From Sphagnum compactum (taxonomy: Eukaryota), in NCBI GenBank assembly GCA_965153455.1, contig OZ234494.1, positions 9,362,001 through 9,426,000 on the forward strand: a DNA stretch of 64,000 nt, read 5' to 3'. The notes under the pieces were generated by a model. The model did no database searches. It was given only the letters and a program-made list of their open reading frames with translations, and was not told the DNA's origin. The translations under genes and the position numbers were made by a program. Positions 24,474 through 36,880 of this stretch are shown piece after piece (position 1 is the first letter of the stretch; each line of letters starts with the position of its first letter).

Positions 24474-27400
24474 ATGGAAGTTATGGAAGAAGATGCAGCT
24501 CCCCTAAAGTCAGGAAGAAGCAGTGTGACCAAAATTGCACAAGTTTCTGTCAAGCAGTCTGGATTGGCTGGTTTGGAGGACCAAGGAAAGCAGCAAACCC
24601 ATCATCATCCAGCTGCTGCACAAGAGACTCAAAAACATCAATCTGGTGTGGATGCTAAAGAGAAGCAATTGATCACTCCTACAGTTTCCCCCCAGACTCA
24701 TTCTGGTTCAAATGCACCATTGCAGCAGAATCAGGTGGGAGGATTGAGTATGATGAGCCTGAGGAGGTCTTCACCATCAGCAGGGGTTCTGGTCCCAGTT
24801 GCAGACTCCTCGCTGCCACTGCCTGCAATGCTGAAATCTCTTGAGGAGGCTCAGAAACTTCCAGGTGAAGATTGTAATGGTTGTTTGAAAGAGGTTTCAG
24901 ACACTCATGGACAAGATGAGCATCCGGAACTGACAATTTCATCTCCAGGATCAGACACAGAGAACTCACATCGAAACATCTCGGATCCAGGCTTGAATTT
25001 CCTTACACCAGTGAAGGGATTTTCTGCAAATGGAGACAACAATGCAGCTACAGGAGATGCCTCACTGCGTCAAGTTCTCTCTGATCCTGGCACGTGAGTC
25101 CAGTTTCCACTCTTTACCAGATTGGTGCCCCTCATTGCATTTGCAAAACTTCTCAAGAAATTGTTTAGTGACAATCTCGGATAATGCATTACCATGACAA
25201 GATGGTTTCCCCAACTGCCATACCATGACTCGATTGCATTGTGTTGTGTGATTGCAAATCTGGCAGGGGAACGTTCATGGATGATGCAATGGTTGCGAGA
25301 TGTGGACATACATATGGGAGTGCCAGTCTTATTGCTGTCTTAGAGACGGTACCAGCACTTTGAATCTGCAAAGAATGCACAATTGTGTACTTGTTTGAAA
25401 TGGGCTTCTTGGGGTTACTAAAGAATCAGAACATGCACAGTGCCCTGAATTTGCATCCCCTTGGTTTTGCTATGCCTGTTCTGACCACAGGTGCTCTAAA
25501 AATGTGGTGATTTGAGGTCAAATGCTTTCTATGTGAAATGGGGAGATGGTTGGTTGGTTGGGTGCAGGGCAAGTGTGTTTACTGTGACGCATCTGTTCCT
25601 GCAGAGTCACTTGTCCCAAACTTAGGTTAGTCTAATGCACCTGAATGGGGAATCGGTTTGGAAATTTAGGGGTCATTGAGCAGTCAATTTGCAGATACAT
25701 GTTCTGAGTTATTGCATCATCACACAGCTATAATGTTGTATCCTTTGCTATTGCTCAGTGTTCCCCAATTTTATGGTAGTTGCAAACCATGTTTCTAGTG
25801 TTGTGGAGAGCAGTTTATTATTGTGTCAATTCATTTGGGTGCCTTTTTTTGTTCTGCAGCAATTCGGGCAGCTGTGCATGCGTTTAAGCAAGAGGACCAT
25901 GTGTGTGAATTCACCTTAATGAAGGCAGGCAAAAGGAGGAGGGAGGAACCTGAGGAGGAGCAGCCACTTGAAGAAGGTTCAGATCAAAAGAGACAGGCTC
26001 AGGTACGTAAGCCTTTTGCATATTTATATGCTGCTTTGTGTGGACTTGTTATCCTGTTAGTTGTTCCTAACACATTTGCACTAAGTACTGAACTGCTATC
26101 ATTGTTCAGTGAGCAATCAAGCCAATAGCCCAAAGTAGTTGGGAAACTCATAGTCTACTTGATAGATGGATGGATGTTACCATTGGTTTTTACTGAGAGG
26201 CAGCAGGTTATTATGCTTTCTGTGTTCTACATTCTGAATTCAGAGTGACTTGGAGAATAGATGGCAACTCTATTGCAGGATCCAGTTATTGCTGGAGAAC
26301 AAGCATCCGCATTAGATGGTCCACGGCCAAAGGGAGGAGCTCAGTTCCCTTTTGCAGTTAATGATCGGGTCGTCATCAAGGTAGGGTGAATATTCCTTCC
26401 TTCCTCAATCATCCCGGGTCCCCACTTCTCTTTCTTTCTGAACTCTCGCAATGGATGGGTTGACTTCCAATCATCTTCAACCCTTTTCCAACTCTCTCAA
26501 ATCACAAAACTTCCTGCTTTCTGATAAATGTTGTCAGGGTAATAAAAGGACTCCAGAGCGCTTTGTGGGGAAGGAGGCAATCATCACTACACAATGCTTG
26601 AATGGATGGTATGAATCTAAGCTGGAAACTGTCAACCCTCAAAACACTTCCAAATGATTGATTCCACAGTTCATTTTCTAGAACACTACTTCACATACAT
26701 AAGGTAGATATGAAAGGTGATGTAAGCCATCTGTGTTGTGATTGTGCTTAGGTTGATATTGCTCCTGTAGTCCCACAGAAGAGCATAAATGAAATTTTTG
26801 TATGTGGGCGGTTGTTGTCTCAGAATGATGAATTGTAATTTGGCTGCAGGTATCTGGTGCAAACAGTAGACCATGGTGAGAGTGTTCGACTCCAGTATCG
26901 GTCCTTGCAAAAAGTTGAAGGTTGTAATTGACCTCCTGCCTTTTCTTTTTGTATGATGCACTCTCATGTTACTATAATAAAACTCAGTTGTGGTCATTGG
27001 CCTGAAGTGCTTCTTTTGAGCTTTTCCTTCTGTCAGGAATGATGACCACCATAACCCCCCCTATGCCCCTCGCCTTCCCTTTTTAACGTGTCTTTTTCAA
27101 CTTCTTTGATTCTAGTCTGACTTTTGTGCAGAGATGGATGCACAACCAGATTCAGAAGCTCGTAAATCACTGGATCAAGTGGGCTTTGGAGGAGAAAAAC
27201 CCACCAAATCTTCTGACCCAAAAGAAAGGTTTCCCTCCTTGCCAATGACTGAAGAGCTTCCTGAAAGCAGTACAAGGGAGACACCAGTTGCTACAACAGC
27301 TGTTGTGTTTCCAATTATGCCTGTGAAGGGTGTCAGAACTGAGCTTCATAAAAAAGCTCGAAGAGGAGATTTAGCTCGATCCATTGAGACAGCGGCGGTG

Positions 27401-30400
27401 GCGGCCAGCAGCACGCCCAGTGTAGGAACTTCCAGTACTTCATCCCCAGACATTAAGGTCCTCTATACACATCACAAAATTCCTGCACCCAAACTGTAAC
27501 CCTAATTGACACAATTGTAGAGAGCTAAGTTCTGGACCTTTTTTTCCTCATATTCCACGTGTGCATCTCTTTGCTTTTTGCTGACCCATGAAAGGAATAA
27601 CGGTGTCATAACCTTTGTTTCTATGATCCTGATAGAGTGAGGTGAAAACGGCTAATTTAAGCAAAGTGAGAAAGGAGACAGAAGTTCCTGAACTAGAAGT
27701 GGAGGATGACCCATATGACATGACACCAGTTTGGGTGGCTCCACCATTGTCTGAGAAAGTGGAGCCTCCTTTTATGGACAAGACAAATGGTGGCAGCAGT
27801 GGTGACAAATTGATTGAGCTTACCCAAGTGTGGGAAGGTCCGGAAGAGCCTCAGGGTCTTCAACACCCTGACCGTATAGCAGTTCAACTAACTGGTGTGT
27901 CTTCTCATGCTGTTTTGACTTGTCAGTTTACAATTGTAGGGAGCTGGACATTTCATGGAGCTGGGTTTTTAGAGTGTAGCAATATAGGGTTTGAGGTTGG
28001 GTAATGTAAAAAAGTTTTATATCCCACTCAGCATGTTTCTTGCTTAGTGTTGCAGGCTAATTTCAGTTTGTTGTTTTGAATCTTGGGCTCCTGAAGTTTT
28101 ATGAGGAGAATTTTTTTGTCTGAAGTCAATTGTGTACTTCACAGTTTCAGAATTTAGACTTGAAAAAGTGCATGTTTTTCTTTGATCATCAGAGCATGAC
28201 TGTGAACCACCCTGACTTGACTGGCAGGTTCTTGCTTGCCATTTTGTTTTATATTTTCCTTTTGTAATTGTCATCTTTTATCCCAGACTGGCAAAGCTTT
28301 CAAGGAGGGCTGTCTGATTTGTGTACCTACTTCCAGCTGGTTCATGGTTTCGGGATTAAGTTGCAAGATCTTTTTTCTTCTTTTCAGAGACTTGCCCTAA
28401 AAGTCTAAAATCCTGTGTACTTCCTTCCAGACTTTCTCTGCTTACCTGTGGTAATTAATTAGGAACATCATCAGAAGTTACTCTGTTTTGGAATGCAAGT
28501 TTTGTAGACTGCTGCCTTTTAATCATGCTATATTTTAGACTTGCAGTTGACTTTATTCTTCACTAGTTGGGGGGACCTGTTCCTCCTGTGTCTCTCCTCT
28601 CTGCTTTCTGGATTGTTGTTCTAGAACTGGTTAACTTAGGGGAGAATTGCTTTTGAGGCTCCTTTCCTCACCATGCTCAATTCAAGGCTTGGAGATTTAG
28701 TGTATTGTTTCCTGCTTCAATGTGCTCATTCATGTAAAAGGATTCTTCAAGTTCCAAGTTCTTTGAGTTTGGACTGTTGTAAAGGAATCCCTTGTCATCT
28801 TTTTCTGTTTGAGGACTTTCCTTTGTTTTGTGTGTAGTAGTTCATAGCAGTTGCTCCATCAGGATTGTGTCTTGCTTCCTACTGATTGCATAACTTCCTA
28901 CTAATGTGGGATATATTGAAAAGAGTGGATTGGAAGAAAGGAAGATATGAAAGAGACAAATTTTCTGATATCCTGTACTTTAGTGGGAGGGAGATGATAC
29001 ATGGCTGAAATGACAACGGTCAGCATATGCAGAAAGCACAGAGGTTGGAAGCATGCCCATAGTTTTGCCAAGCATTGAGGTTGCGGATGCCTTCACAGTT
29101 CGGTCTAAAAGAAGTGTCTTAGCAAACAGACCGCCTTCTGTGAGCCTGGGCATGGAATCTGATTCTTGTCATAAGGTGAGAGTTGTCTGTTTAGTGCCTT
29201 CTGATGCCATTTCAATTTCCCAGGACCAAGATGATTTTGCAGGTGTAGCACTGGAATGGGTAGTTTACTGGTAGGCTGAGCCCAGAGGTTTTGAATGCCA
29301 ATTTCAGGGTGGAACTGTAAATTGCACTGTAGAGCAAAAAACATCATCTGAATCATGAGGAATGAATGCTGATAGCTTTGTTTCGTCCATGTGAAAATCT
29401 GAAAGCTGAACCACTTGGGTTAGGACTCTTTGCAGGTTGACAGCTCTGACTCTCGAAGATGCAAGAGTGTTGGTGAAGATCTAGTAGTGCATGAGCAGTT
29501 GGCAGCCAATCCAGTTGACAGCAAGCCTCTTGCAAAGTGCACTGCACAGCTGGATGAGGATGCAGGTTTGAGTGAACAAGTTGGACCAGCTGGAGACAAG
29601 CACATTCGACAAGTTGTCAGCAGCATATCAAATATGAAAGAAATTCTGCCAATAATGAAAAAAGATATCCTAGAGCTCGAGAAAAAAATTCCTTGGAACT
29701 GCCTAGTAAAGTCATGGAAGCTGCATCGTGCAAATTGGCGAAAAGGCATCAAACAGAGTAGTACTGTGCTGGTGACTAACCCTCCTCACCTGCTAATTTT
29801 TTTTCCTGGCATTGTATGCAGATGCAGATAAGAGATTTATATGTGCTCTTTGTGGTTTCTTTTGTGTCAGAATGTGGCTTGGGTTTTGGGTACCAAACTA
29901 CTTCAAGCACTCTTTGTTAATCTTCCTTGAGATCCAAATCCATGTGTGTAGTTGGTGTTTTGGTTATGACATTGTTGTGGCGGTGTATGTTGTTGCAGGC
30001 ACTTGGACCCAAAGTGAAGACATTTCGAACTGCTCTTCTCTTGACAGGGGCAGGAGGCTTATCAGATGAAGAGTGGGAGAAACGAATAGGGATGGCTATG
30101 GAGTCAGGAGATGTCGAGCTGCTGGTTTCCTTGTGGGGACGACTTTATGATGACGTCTTCAAATGGGTGGAGTCCAAGTCAAAGCACATTCATGAGACTG
30201 CTGTGGACACAAGTGCAGTTGAAACATTTGCAGAGCTACGCCAACAATTCCCTCAGCTCCAAGTAGCAGGATTGTCCCCTGCTGCAATCACCACTGCAGC
30301 CACATTGGCTGCAGCTGATGCTATTGCAGAGCATCATACTGATGCCAATGTAATCTCTTCCCACCCCCCTCATCATTCTCTTTGTCTGCTTATAAGGGTG

Positions 30401-30873
30401 GTTATGCCAGAAAGACAATGTTGACCGTTTGAGTTCATGGAATTTGGATTTTTTATGTGGTCATCCATTTACAGGTATCGCAGGATTGTGATCAACAGGC
30501 ATTGTTGGCAGTTCCAATGAAACTGCTACAACAACACAGCCGAGAGGACCTTTTTGCAGTCCGAGATGCTCTGGAAAGAGAGAAACGACACCTCGCTGCC
30601 AAAATTGCACGGCTTGAAGAAAACGACTTGAACAAAGAAAAAGAGGATTTGGTTGCTGGGTTTCTTGTGACAGGACCACCTTCTAGTACTCTAGACATCA
30701 TCAGTGCACCACTGCTGACGGTAGAGAGTGTACTAGCACCCACCTCTTACAACTTTGTAGAAGAAGAGCAAAGAGCACAAGGGAGTGAGATGGATGATGA
30801 GGGTGAAAGTGACGCTGTGGATAGCAATCCTGACACCAATGGAGAAGCCACAGACAGGTCTGATTCTGACTAG
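24474..30873 (+). CDS. PUB62: U-box domain protein of the PUB62/63 family with a long C-terminal extension (about 986 aa)
   Basis: Thirteen in-phase GT-AG exons: 24474-25093, 25267-25348, 25568-25625, 25860-26002, 26279-26380, 26538-26608, 26850-26920, 27132-27457, 27636-27894, 29033-29175, 29436-29771, 29999-30349, 30475-30873. U-box SLRQVLSDPGTGTFMDDAMVARCGHTYG..CVYC..LVPNLAIRAAVHAF. Family C-terminal domain QFPFAVNDRVVIKGNKRTPERFVGKEAIITTQCLNGWYLVQTVDHGESVRLQYRSLQK. The joins of exons 8-13 are supported by phase only. Confidence 0.85.
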
Positions 30874-33689
30874 ATTCTTCAGGGAGTTGTATTGCATAGG
30901 TCAAGCTCTGAAATGTTCTATGCAAAAGTTGAAATATAGATTTGATGCATGTAGAGCTTGCTGCATTTGAGATCTTTGTCTACTGGTTAAGAGCTCTGAA
31001 ACTTGAATTGTACAATATGTAAGGGGAAGAGATGTGATGAATTTTGAGTTTCTGTCATTGCACGCATGCCTAGCTAGATAAGAGTTGATCAATTGACATT
31101 CTCAATTTGCAAGAGGGCAAGACTGCCTATCAGCAAACACAACTCAATTCAATGTCAAGTATGCTATACGTGTTGCTCATGGGAGGAGGAAGTTCACGAA
31201 GAGCTTTGCTCTTACAAGTTGCAAAAGTTTCATTTCTCATGCTAACTTCTGCAGTACATGAACAGATTTGGCTTTAATTATATACATACATATATAAAAT
31301 CTTCCCATGTAATCCATCTTGAGATCAAAGGAAAACATGGGAAACATGGGATTTGAGTCTAGGGTCTCTTAGAGGATCGTTACTGACAGTAATATAGTGG
31401 CATACACACAGTACTAAATGATGTGAAACTGGGTTTGAACTCATACATTTGCATATGTGATATTGTAATCCCAAACAACCCAGTCAAAGAAAATGATTTG
31501 GATTGGCCCACCATAATGAATGACTACCGTGGTGGCATTTACTTCTTTGATTTTTGTATTGTCTAGTTTTTCATGTGTATGTGGTGAGAATGTGAAAATA
31601 ATTGCACTCTATATGTTAAACAATGATAGAGGCCGAAATCAAGGAGACAACCTTTCCTGTTGAGAGGAGCCGACAGAGTTGAAAGAAATGGAGTTGCAAC
31701 TAGTTGTGGGAAAGGGACTATATGCCGAATTTCCACCATTGCATCATCCATGGGAAACCCATTGCAACCCCTTGCAACCCTAAACCCTACTCCACAAGTG
31801 AGTTAGAGCAACTCCACCCTTATTGGGTATTTAGGCATGCATCACTATTTCTGACATCCATTACTAATTTATATATCCCAAGTCTTGCCCATCAACTTGA
31901 AAATGGGACTTTGAAAAGTGAAAGATCACTAATAGCAAAGCAAGTGGACTAATTAGGTAGTGATTTGACCAATCAATCACAATGGGAGACTATGTCATGG
32001 GAACCGATCAAACAATTTAGCCAATCTAGAACAAGATTTAAGACAATGCAATAGTCTCCGCCAACTATTGCATCATGTGCAAAAATGTTATCCCAAAATC
32101 ATTTTTTTGAACCAAACTAACAATTTATTGCTATTCTACAACCAAAGCATGCTCTTACAATGCATAAGTGGGTGCTACTCTTACTACAATTCCACCTTGG
32201 TAACCTATCCTATTTTCCCCTCACTACACCTAGGCAACTATCTATGTAAGGTAGAGTAACTATCTATGTAATGGTTCATTTAAACTTGAAGATATCTAAA
32301 TCAATAGATTGGAGAATAGTTCAAATAGTTCGAACTTGTGGCATGCTATCAATAAATAGCATATGTGGTTGTAAATGTGGTAGCCTATCATCAACATTAA
32401 TTTCACGAATTAAAACAAGTATTATGCAAATGGTGCAAAGATAAACTTGTATGAAAAGTTTAGATTTTGATGCTTGAGACTATTGATAAAATATCATTTC
32501 AACATCCTATGTGATAGTGTATTGACAAGTCTCTTGTTTCTTGCACACCTCCTCTTGCATCATAGAGCTTGCATGTGCATTCATCTCCTTTTATGGCATT
32601 ATAAAACATGTGTAATGGAGTTCACATCTACCTAATGAGCATGTCACAAATTGGTCTTCTTGTGTGATCATCTATTTTTGCACTTTAAAGCCCACACAAC
32701 AAAACTTGCACCTCCCTTGTGAACATCCAACTGAGCTTGTCCTCTAGTTTTGGCCTAGTTTCAACAATCTATAGATTCAATGCACAATAATAGAAAGACA
32801 TCACCAATATGCATCAATGAAAGAGAATTCAATGTCAATTAAAAATGCAAGGGAGAGAGGGAGAGGAAACACCAAGAGAAATCCTATTCATAGAGACCAT
32901 ACTTGCATGCAACTAGTTGTCCAAAACAACTAGTGCAATATTGGAAAGCAACCAACAATTATTTTATTCTAAAATAATTACATGTTAGAAATTACTTTAA
33001 ATTGTAATCTGAACGCAAACGAGTCAACATTTTGACATGTCATCATGTTCTTGTGAGTTTCTTGTCAATGCCATTTGACTCCAAATGTAAGTTGCAATTA
33101 CACTAAAACTATACAATAAATATTATTATCACATCATAAAATCATGTAGTTTTATGAGAGTTGCAAATAACAAGGTTCCATGTCAAACATTGCCTTAAAT
33201 ATTATTTAGTTATGTATGGGTCAACATCTAAACATATCAACATGTTTTTGTGAGTTCTATCAACATTGTTTGATTCTAGATGTAAGTTGTAAATATCTTG
33301 CAAGTTGTTCACTTATTTTAGTGGTGTTGGCATGCTATGCAAAGTGCCATATCAGGATGCCTATTGTTGGTGGAGATGCTTTGAATGGGTACTTAAAATG
33401 GTCACATTATTCAAATTTTTTGTGGTTTTTATTAACATTAGAATGGATGGACCATTTTCAACTAGTCCATGTAGCATGTGAATCAATTATGTTGCTACTA
33501 AGAGAAGATAATTTATGACATTATTCACACTAAAGTAAGACATTCATACAATTGACTTTGGCAAGGTCTATGCATATATAGGTAGTGAATGAACTTCAAG
33601 ACATTATATTATTGCTAGATGTTGTTTTCATCACCATCGTTAATGTTCATAATCTATTTATGTCATTGTTTGGAATATAATATTTGCAT

Positions 33690-34630
33690 TCAAAATATCA
33701 AACTCCTTTGTAAACAACTTTTTGGTCCCAACAACATTTGGAACACATGGAGCATTGGAGAGGGTGATGTCATCAAGGATGTGTTCAACTGAGGTGCATT
33801 GTCACTTGGTCCTATGTAATCAACACTTGTGTTCATTTTAACAAGGCAAATACGAGACTCCTTGTGCAACATAAAGTTTTTCAATGGGGGTTTTGTTTTT
33901 GTCAAAGAAGAACACTTACATTGTAAGTCAGAAGGAAAGACAAATGGTTCCTCATAGTTTACCATCATGTATCAAAAATTAATCAAGAGGAATCAATCAA
34001 ATTTATAAGTTGGAGATCCCCTTATATCTTAGTTCCCCAAAATTTGATTTGTGAACAAATGTTAGTTGGCACATTCTTTGCCAAGTTATTCACATGGTCA
34101 CTGTAATCAATTAATATGCAATTAAATTTCAACTTGGAATTTGAAAATTGCAAATCTAAAATTTTGGTGGGATATGCAAAAACAAGTGACACATGACAAT
34201 AAGTTTGTAGATCTCCCCCTTTGCACCAACAACCCCATGCACTTGGGTTCACTCTTTAAAAAATCATTCACAAAGTAGACTCCTTTTAAGATAATTTCTT
34301 AATTCACACAAGATTTGCACCACATGGAGTATTGGGTGGTATTCTTCACCAATGCATAATCAAATGATGGGAAAATGCATGTGGGGCCAAAGTCCATTTG
34401 ATTTGTGAACACAACAAATGTTAGTTGACATGTTTTTTGCCAAGTTGTTCACTTGGTCATTATGAACAACTAAATTGCAATGCAATTAAAAGCAACTTGG
34501 AATTTGAACTTTGCAAATTTGGAATTTTGGTGAGATATGCAAAAGTAAGCAACACGTGGTAGTAAGTTAGTAAATCTCCCCCTTTGCATCAACATTGAAC
34601 AACCCTCATGCACTTGTGCCTACTCTCAAA
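33690..34630 (-). mobile_element. Degenerate CACTA/En-Spm-like transposase relic containing an internal duplication of about 220 bp
   Basis: The minus strand gives YEEPFVFPSDLQ..MLHKESR, resembling the DUF4216 DEPFV/IF..Q..QVFF region. 34041-34256 and 34395-34627 are diverged direct copies. Confidence 0.55.
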
Positions 34631-36449
34631 AATTTCAAGGTAAAATCATCAATGTGGTAAATTGTTTTAAGAATTAAAATTGCCAACTCGAATAAAAATA
34701 TGTACATAATGATGGAATTCATTAAATATACACCAAACACATAATAATGGATTTTTGAAGTAGTATGATGGACTATTGTCTTGAATTTGCATGCAAATTC
34801 AAATGCAATTTTTAATAACATTTTATTTCAAAATGTTTTATAAAAATTCAATATATGATACATTTTTAAAAAAAATGAAATCCAAAAGAAATTACAAAAA
34901 CTTGAATCAACAAATAATTGTGAATTTTTTGAGTGACTAATTGGCATTGTAGTTATAGAATAATTTGGAAGTATGGACATCCATATGTTTTCTATTAGTT
35001 ACAAAATTATTTACATATTATTGAATTCAATTCACATGTGATGTCATATCACATAGTGACGATCTTCAAAAGGAACCAAGTTCTATAGCAAAATTTTATT
35101 TTATTTAATGCATTTTTATTTTGAAACCATCATTGTGTGTAGGTTGCAGTTGAGTTTTACACAATTACAAACATTATGGTTTGGGAACTATGTTTTGATA
35201 ATAAGTTAATTATGGCAAAGTTTTGTGTCTTACTGATGAAAATAGTTGCATTGTAGTTGTCAAATAGTTTTATTTAGGTTGAAAATATGGACATCCATAT
35301 ATCTAGTGCAATATTAGGATATTCATATGTCATTGATTTCATTTCAAATGTGATAAATATCAAAATATGGCAATTTTCAAAAGTAGACAAGGCAAGATGA
35401 AAACAATGTGACTTGTTCCATTTCAAGAAGATAGAAAAAAATCTCACAAAATGGAAATACAATCTAAGTGTTTAAAATCATAAGATTTGATTGTTGGTTC
35501 ATGATTGTTATGATGAACTTTTGTACATGGTAAGAGGAAAACTTTTGGCATAAGTAGTTCGGGCATTATGTATTTATAGTTAAATTTGTTCCAATAAGAA
35601 GAAACATTTTTAAAAATGTTCTTGTAATTTATTTTCCAACCTTTAATGTTATTGCATACAATTTCAAATCAATATCATGTTATTTATCAATACTATGGAA
35701 TGCATGTTTGCACTATCACAATTTGGACAACTATAATGTGTTAGTAAGGTCTATTAGACATGATGGTGAAGCATTATGACTTGGCATCACAATATTTACC
35801 AAATTATTTTTAAAAATATCATTATAATTTTAAATAAATTACATTTTGCAAACATTATATCCATTCCATTATAAGTTGAAAAATAATACCATTGCTAAAT
35901 CCTTGGTTACTAAAAGTTCCAAAAGTTATTTTAATTATTATTTTAGTCACACATTAATATTTTTTTAATTGCATAATAGTCCATTTCTAATCACAAATAA
36001 TTGCAAGTTAATATCATGAGTGTCTTTAAAGAAGTTACAACTTGTTTGTTTTATAGAACATTTATGAATCCATAATGTTGATGAACAATTATCCACATAA
36101 GCACCACAATATATTAGGTTCAATTTTTCCCACCAATCCAATGTTACATATGATTCACATAAGTGCCATGTTGGCACTACCCCGAATTTTCTCACCAATT
36201 TAATGTGGCATTGAAACTTCCAACCTTGAACCTTAGTTCTATTTGAGTTATAAAGTTTCAATTTCATCAGACTTCATTATTCATTGCCTATTATGCCATG
36301 TCATAATCATTACAATTGATGCAACTTGTTCATTGCATCTTCCATTGAAAAATAAGGCTAGTTGCAAGTTGCAACCCTAGTAGCAAAACTAGATTAGTTT
36401 TTCTTTTAGCAAATAGCACTTGTGCTTTGCAACAACAAAATTACAATTA

Positions 36450-36880
36450 GAATCTAGCTTAGGAAAAGTTTGCAAGTCCAAGCACAAAGATCATGTCATT
36501 TAGAAGCATATCATTGATATGAAGGGGAGTTCATGATTCCTATAAGTAAAAAAAAATTAAAATAGCCAAATACTTGAAACAATAAAAAAATCATGAAACA
36601 ACAAGATGTGCAAAGACAAGTGGAATTACATCAATGATGATTACAAGAAGATTTCAAACCACCACGAAAGTATTGGCCACATCATTCCCTATTTTGCGTT
36701 AATTACAAAAAAATGAGATAGAGGTCATTTACCACTTAATGATTTAATGAAGATTGAACATTACAATTCTATTGAAGCTTTTTGGGCAAAGAAAAATTTC
36801 CATGTTCCATTGCATGTGAAAGATCTACATGCACAAGGAGATGCAATTTGTAGACCACCACAAAAACAAGGTGAAGAACA
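36450..36880 (+). mobile_element. Degenerate Myb/SANT-like (trihelix-type) DNA-binding ORF relic, probably Harbinger-derived
   Basis: CKDKWNYINDDYKKISNHHESIGHIIPYFALITKK*DRGHLP matches the CxxKWxxLxxDYKKI..Y..M..ER..LP pattern. Confidence 0.65.

Noticed and set aside
28984..29032. Upstream TTTAG acceptor giving an in-frame TGA (apparent nonsense allele of the U-box gene)
   Set aside because: Its phase does not match the preceding donor at 27894, whereas the acceptor at 29033 does and keeps the frame open.
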